Shown: positions 60,107 to 64,000 of the stretch, in pieces | Numbering within the stretch: position 1 is the first letter of the stretch | Layout: each line of letters opens with the position of its first letter | DNA from: an uncultured Acidobacteriota bacterium | GTDB taxonomy: Bacteria > Acidobacteriota > Blastocatellia > RBC074 | Assembly (NCBI GenBank): GCA_963796275.1 | Contig: CAWCKY010000003.1 | Coordinates: forward strand, 320,001-384,000 | Direction: 5' to 3' | Length of the DNA: 64,000 nucleotides | Translations under genes and position numbers: made by a program | Notes under the pieces: model-generated | Database searches by the model: none | Seen by the model: the letters and a program-made list of their open reading frames with translations, nothing else | What the model was told of the DNA's origin: nothing

Positions 60107-61261
60107 GTGGAAAAGACTGGCGACGCGCAATCACAGGCGGCAGGTGTCTCCCGCCGCTCATTTATCTCAAAGGCATTAGTCGCAGCTGTTCTGGTTGCGG
60201 GTGTTTCATTATTCCTTCACACAACCACGATTAATCTAACCAGTCCCGGTGCCGCTGCGGCTAAAACCGCGGTAAAGATCGAGTGCGTTGCCGGATGCGG
60301 CACTGGTCCATTCGGCGGGCCAGCTCGAGAGGCGAAGTTGATTGAACCTTTCGGAGTAGCATTCGACAAAGGGGGCAATTGGTATATCTGTGAGTACAAG
60401 GGACAACGAATCACGAAGGTCGATGCGAAGGGAAGCATCACCTTTTTTGCGGGTAACGATCAGCATGATTTGCAGGGGACCGAGGGCAATAAGGCCAACC
60501 AGTTGAAATTTAACGACCCTCACGGATTGGTGATCAGCAAGGACCAGCAGATGTACATCGCCGACACAATGAATCACCGCCTCATCAAGATCGCGATGAA
60601 GACGGGCGTTGCGGCGACCATCGCCGGTACGGGGCAGCCCGGCTATTCAGGGGATGGAGGCCCTGGCGTTAAAGCTGCGTTCAATCAGCTATACGCCATA
60701 GATATCAATCTGACTGGAGATAGCATATATATCACTGATCTTCGCAACCGGCGCATAAGGGTATTGGATTTGAAAACCGGCATCGTGAATACGATAGCGG
60801 GGAATGGGGACAAGGGCATTCCGGATGATGGAGCGGACGCCGTTAAAAGTCCACTGGTAGACCCGCGTGCAGCTGCCATCGATTCCAAAAGCAACCTATA
60901 TATTCTGGAACGAGCCGGCAATGCGCTCCGTGTGGTTGATAAGAACGGCAAAATCCGGACGGTTATTGCTCCCGGTTCTAAAATCGAAAAGGATTTAAAC
61001 GGACCCAAACATCTCTGTTTTGACCGGCAGGATCATGTGCTCATCGCCGATACGGAGAATCATTTGATCCGTATGTATAATCCGAGAGATGGGAAGTCAG
61101 TTGTCATCGCTGGTACCGGAGAGAAAGGGGACCGGCTGGTTTCGGACGACCCGCTGAAGACACAGTTGAATCGTCCGCACGGAGTCTTCGTGCACCAATC
61201 GGGCGCTCTCTATATTTCCGATAGCGACAATCATCGCGTGTTGAAAATGTCGAACTGGTAG
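60107..61261 (+). CDS. NHL repeat protein
   Basis: PFGVAFD, FNDPHGL..YIADTMNHR, GYSGDGGP, LNRPHGV..YISDSDNHRV. Confidence 0.9.
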   Translation: MEKTGDAQSQAAGVSRRSFISKALVAAVLVAGVSLFLHTTTINLTSPGAAAAKTAVKIECVAGCGTGPFGGPAREAKLIEPFGVAFDKGGNWYICEYKGQRITKVDAKGSITFFAGNDQHDLQGTEGNKANQLKFNDPHGLVISKDQQMYIADTMNHRLIKIAMKTGVAATIAGTGQPGYSGDGGPGVKAAFNQLYAIDINLTGDSIYITDLRNRRIRVLDLKTGIVNTIAGNGDKGIPDDGADAVKSPLVDPRAAAIDSKSNLYILERAGNALRVVDKNGKIRTVIAPGSKIEKDLNGPKHLCFDRQDHVLIADTENHLIRMYNPRDGKSVVIAGTGEKGDRLVSDDPLKTQLNRPHGVFVHQSGALYISDSDNHRVLKMSNW

Positions 61262-61319
61262 TCTGCCATCTACTTTATGCGTGGGCGCAGAGGTAATCGA
61301 GGCATCTGTTATCCTATAT

Positions 61320-62684
61320 TCAGGCGATCACATCCCGCACCACATTCCCATACACATCGGTCAGACGAAAATCCCTTCCGGCATATCGGTATGTCAGTTT
61401 CTCGTGGTCGAGTCCAAGCAGATGCAGCACTGTTGCGTGGAGATCGTGGATCGAGACCTGTTTCTCGACCGCCTTGAACCCGAATTCATCGGTGGCTCCA
61501 TAGACCATGCCGGCCTTTACTCCGCCGCCGGCCAGCCACATCGTGAAGCCGTAAGGATTATGGTCGCGGCCATTGCCCTTTTCGGAGACTGGCGTGCGCC
61601 CGAACTCGCCGCCCCAGATGACCAGCGTCTCATCCAGCAGACCACGTCGTTTTAGATCGCGGATCAACGCCGCCGAGGCGCGGTCCATATCCGGGCATCG
61701 TTGGCGGAGCCCTTTCTCGAGGTTTTCGTGGTCGTCCCATTGCTGCCCCGGCCCGTGATGCACCTGGACGTAGCGGACACCGCTTTCGACCAGCCTTCGC
61801 GCCATCAGGCAGCCATTAGCATATGGCGTCGTCCCGTACTCGGCCCGCACAGATTCGGGCTCTTTGCGTATGTCGAAAACATCCGAGGCGGTGAACTGCA
61901 TACGGTAGGCCGTTTCCATGCTCTTGATCCGGCCCTCGAGGAAATCGTCAGCGCCAAAGGACTCGGCGTGCGCCCGGTTCAAAGTCTGGATCGCGTCCAA
62001 CTGCGCTCGCTGCGCCGTAACGTCCAGATCTTTGTTGCGCAGGAATCGGATCATCTTTTCAGGATCAGATTCGGTATTGTTGAAGAGCGTGCCCTGATAT
62101 TCAGCCGGGAGAAACCCGGAACTCGTCCACAGGCTGTTAGCGGTGGGGCTCAACACTATGAATGCGGGCAGGTTCTGATTTTCTGTGCCCAGGCCATATG
62201 AAACCCAGGCGCCGATGGTCGGGCGCATCGAGGTCATGATCCCGCTGAAGAAGAGATTTCGGCCCGGCTCATGGTTTGGATTGAAACTATAGACCGAACG
62301 GATGACGCACAGATCATCTATTGTGGAAGCGAGGTTGGGCAGCAACTCACTGACTTCGATCCCGCTCTGTCCATGCTTCTTAAACTTGAACATGGATGGT
62401 AGCAGGCCGCCAGTCTTGCGCTCCGTTCGCAGGTTCACTCCCGCAGGCCTCTGGCCTTCATATTTTTTGAGCGCCGGCTTGGGATCTAGCAGATCAACTT
62501 GCGAAGGTCCGCCCGTCATGAACAGCAATATGATGTGCTTGGCCTTGGGCGCAAAGTGCGGCCCTGCGTCGTGCGACAACTCAGCGCCGAACGTTTTGCC
62601 GGCCAAAAGGTCGGCCAGGACAAAGGAACCTAACCCGCCGCCCAGAGATGAAATGAACGAACGCCTTGAAAAATTGTCTGTCAT
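61320..62684 (-). CDS. DUF1501 domain protein
   Basis: SRRSF, FMTGGPSQVDLLDPKP, ARRLVESGVRYVQ, WDDH, GEFGRTP, GRDHNP, FRLTDV. Confidence 0.92.
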   Translation of the reverse strand: MTDNFSRRSFISSLGGGLGSFVLADLLAGKTFGAELSHDAGPHFAPKAKHIILLFMTGGPSQVDLLDPKPALKKYEGQRPAGVNLRTERKTGGLLPSMFKFKKHGQSGIEVSELLPNLASTIDDLCVIRSVYSFNPNHEPGRNLFFSGIMTSMRPTIGAWVSYGLGTENQNLPAFIVLSPTANSLWTSSGFLPAEYQGTLFNNTESDPEKMIRFLRNKDLDVTAQRAQLDAIQTLNRAHAESFGADDFLEGRIKSMETAYRMQFTASDVFDIRKEPESVRAEYGTTPYANGCLMARRLVESGVRYVQVHHGPGQQWDDHENLEKGLRQRCPDMDRASAALIRDLKRRGLLDETLVIWGGEFGRTPVSEKGNGRDHNPYGFTMWLAGGGVKAGMVYGATDEFGFKAVEKQVSIHDLHATVLHLLGLDHEKLTYRYAGRDFRLTDVYGNVVRDVIA

Positions 62685-63991
62685 GGCCAGAAGACCTCCT
62701 CATTGGTTGCCAGCAATACCTGCGCGTACTGTTCGACCGTTGCGCTGCCGAGATAGTTCACGCCTAGCTCGATTTCCGCAGGGGTCGGGGCACGTGAGAA
62801 TATCTTGCGATACAGAGAGCCGACCCGTGCCGCAGCGTCGCTCTCCTGTTGTACCGATTGGGCGAGCGCTCCGCTCAGTTGCTTCATAAACGGACTGTTC
62901 ATCACGAAAAGTTCTTGAAGCGGCGAGATGGTGAGATTACGAGCCGGGCTGTGCTGAAACGGATTGGGGAAATCGTAAAGACTGAGGAAGTCGCTCATTC
63001 GTCCCCTGTTGATCCTTCCATACACTGTGCGGCGGGTATTTCCCAGGGCGTCCACATCAAGCGACGGGCCGTACATCTCGAGAAACAGAAGCCCGGCAGC
63101 CTGCAGCAGCGAGTCGCGATAACTTTCGGCATCCAGGCGCCGCGGATTCATGCGCCAGATCAGCTGATTTGCCGCATCAACCTCGGTTGCATCTGCCCGG
63201 GGATGGCTCGATTGGCGATATGCCGCCGAGAGCATGATCTCCCGATGCAGCCATTTCAGCGACCAGCCATGTTCGATAAATCTGGCAGCCAGATCGTCCA
63301 GCAGCTCGGGATGTGAAGGTCTATCGCCCCGGTCCCCGAAATCGCTCGGAGTGCCGACCAGATGCTTGCCGAAATGCCAACCCCAGACACGGTTTACGAT
63401 GACACGCGCTGAAAGCGGTGCGGCATCGGTCAGTATCTTCTCGGCCAGTTCCAGCCGGCCCGATCCTTTTCTGAAGACCTCATCCGGGTTTTTTGACAGA
63501 ACGGCGAGGAATCGCCGTGGAACGATCTCTCCCGGAGAAGTAGAGCTTCCCCGCGCGAAGACAGGCAGGTCTCGCGCCTCACCCGGTTTTGCGACGATCG
63601 AGGTGAAGTCCGGATGCGAGCCGTCAGCCCACATCGCCGCGTCATAGACCGCGTTGATGAATGGCGCAGTTGGGTCTTCTTCCCTCTTCTTGCTTTTATC
63701 TGCCGCGGCGTCCTTGGGTGCGCCGATCCGGTCAATAATTTCGACCAGTTCCGGATAGCGTTCTTTCGCAAAGCCCATCTCCGCCTTGAGAGAGGCGATC
63801 TCCGTACGGCATTCTTCGACTTTCTGAAGCGACTCTTTCGGATTGCGACTTTTCTCTTTGGTCAGATAGTTCGCGAACGATGTCAGCTCCGCCACGCGCT
63901 GCCTCGCAAAGAGAAAGCGAGTCTCGGTCTCCGCATCCACTTCTCGCAGCGGCCTGATCGCCGGAGATGTGGACGCGAAGACGCCGGCCAT
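62681..63991 (-). CDS. DUF1553 (PSD1) domain protein, 5' part outside window
   Basis: GSGRLELA, ARVIVNRVW..HFG..LV.TPSDFG, PSHPELLD.LA, RRLDAE..RD. Confidence 0.9.
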   Translation of the reverse strand: MAGVFASTSPAIRPLREVDAETETRFLFARQRVAELTSFANYLTKEKSRNPKESLQKVEECRTEIASLKAEMGFAKERYPELVEIIDRIGAPKDAAADKSKKREEDPTAPFINAVYDAAMWADGSHPDFTSIVAKPGEARDLPVFARGSSTSPGEIVPRRFLAVLSKNPDEVFRKGSGRLELAEKILTDAAPLSARVIVNRVWGWHFGKHLVGTPSDFGDRGDRPSHPELLDDLAARFIEHGWSLKWLHREIMLSAAYRQSSHPRADATEVDAANQLIWRMNPRRLDAESYRDSLLQAAGLLFLEMYGPSLDVDALGNTRRTVYGRINRGRMSDFLSLYDFPNPFQHSPARNLTISPLQELFVMNSPFMKQLSGALAQSVQQESDAAARVGSLYRKIFSRAPTPAEIELGVNYLGSATVEQYAQVLLATNEEVFWP

Positions 63992-64000
63992 CGCGTAATA

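Overview
A 64-kb bacterial chromosomal window, most likely from an Acidobacteriota genome. This is an inference from three ADOP-type orphan permeases with a PadR remnant, CRTAC1/ASPIC, an acidobacterial VWA protein and DUF1501/DUF1553. Main content: (1) a split gas-vesicle locus, with gvpL/F plus a sigma54 activator with a degenerate receiver on the minus strand, and gvpA-F-G-[tandem Get3/ArsA-like ATPase]-J-K-J on the plus strand behind a candidate sigma54 promoter. No gvpN/gvpO/gvpC is recognisable. (2) A ~9.5-kb lesion-rich segment between the two halves. It carries an ADOP permease, two small paralogous ORFs, a wHTH-AAA_35 / AAA_35-WD40 gene pair and a diverged ~230-bp duplicated regulatory region. 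(3) An actinobacterial-style SoxR regulon with a clear 19-bp-spacer promoter. (4) An orphan PAAR polymorphic toxin with an HSS...SGHYxP C-terminal domain and an internally duplicated candidate immunity protein, plus a second candidate Cys-His hydrolase/lipoprotein pair. (5) An AraC - small Cys-rich protein - VOC/PP2C module next to Ada-AlkA. (6) Assorted housekeeping and secreted enzymes, many heptamer-based intergenic palindromes, a transposase remnant and a candidate structured ncRNA. No rRNA, tRNA or CRISPR array was seen. All calls are by motif recognition; no searches were run.
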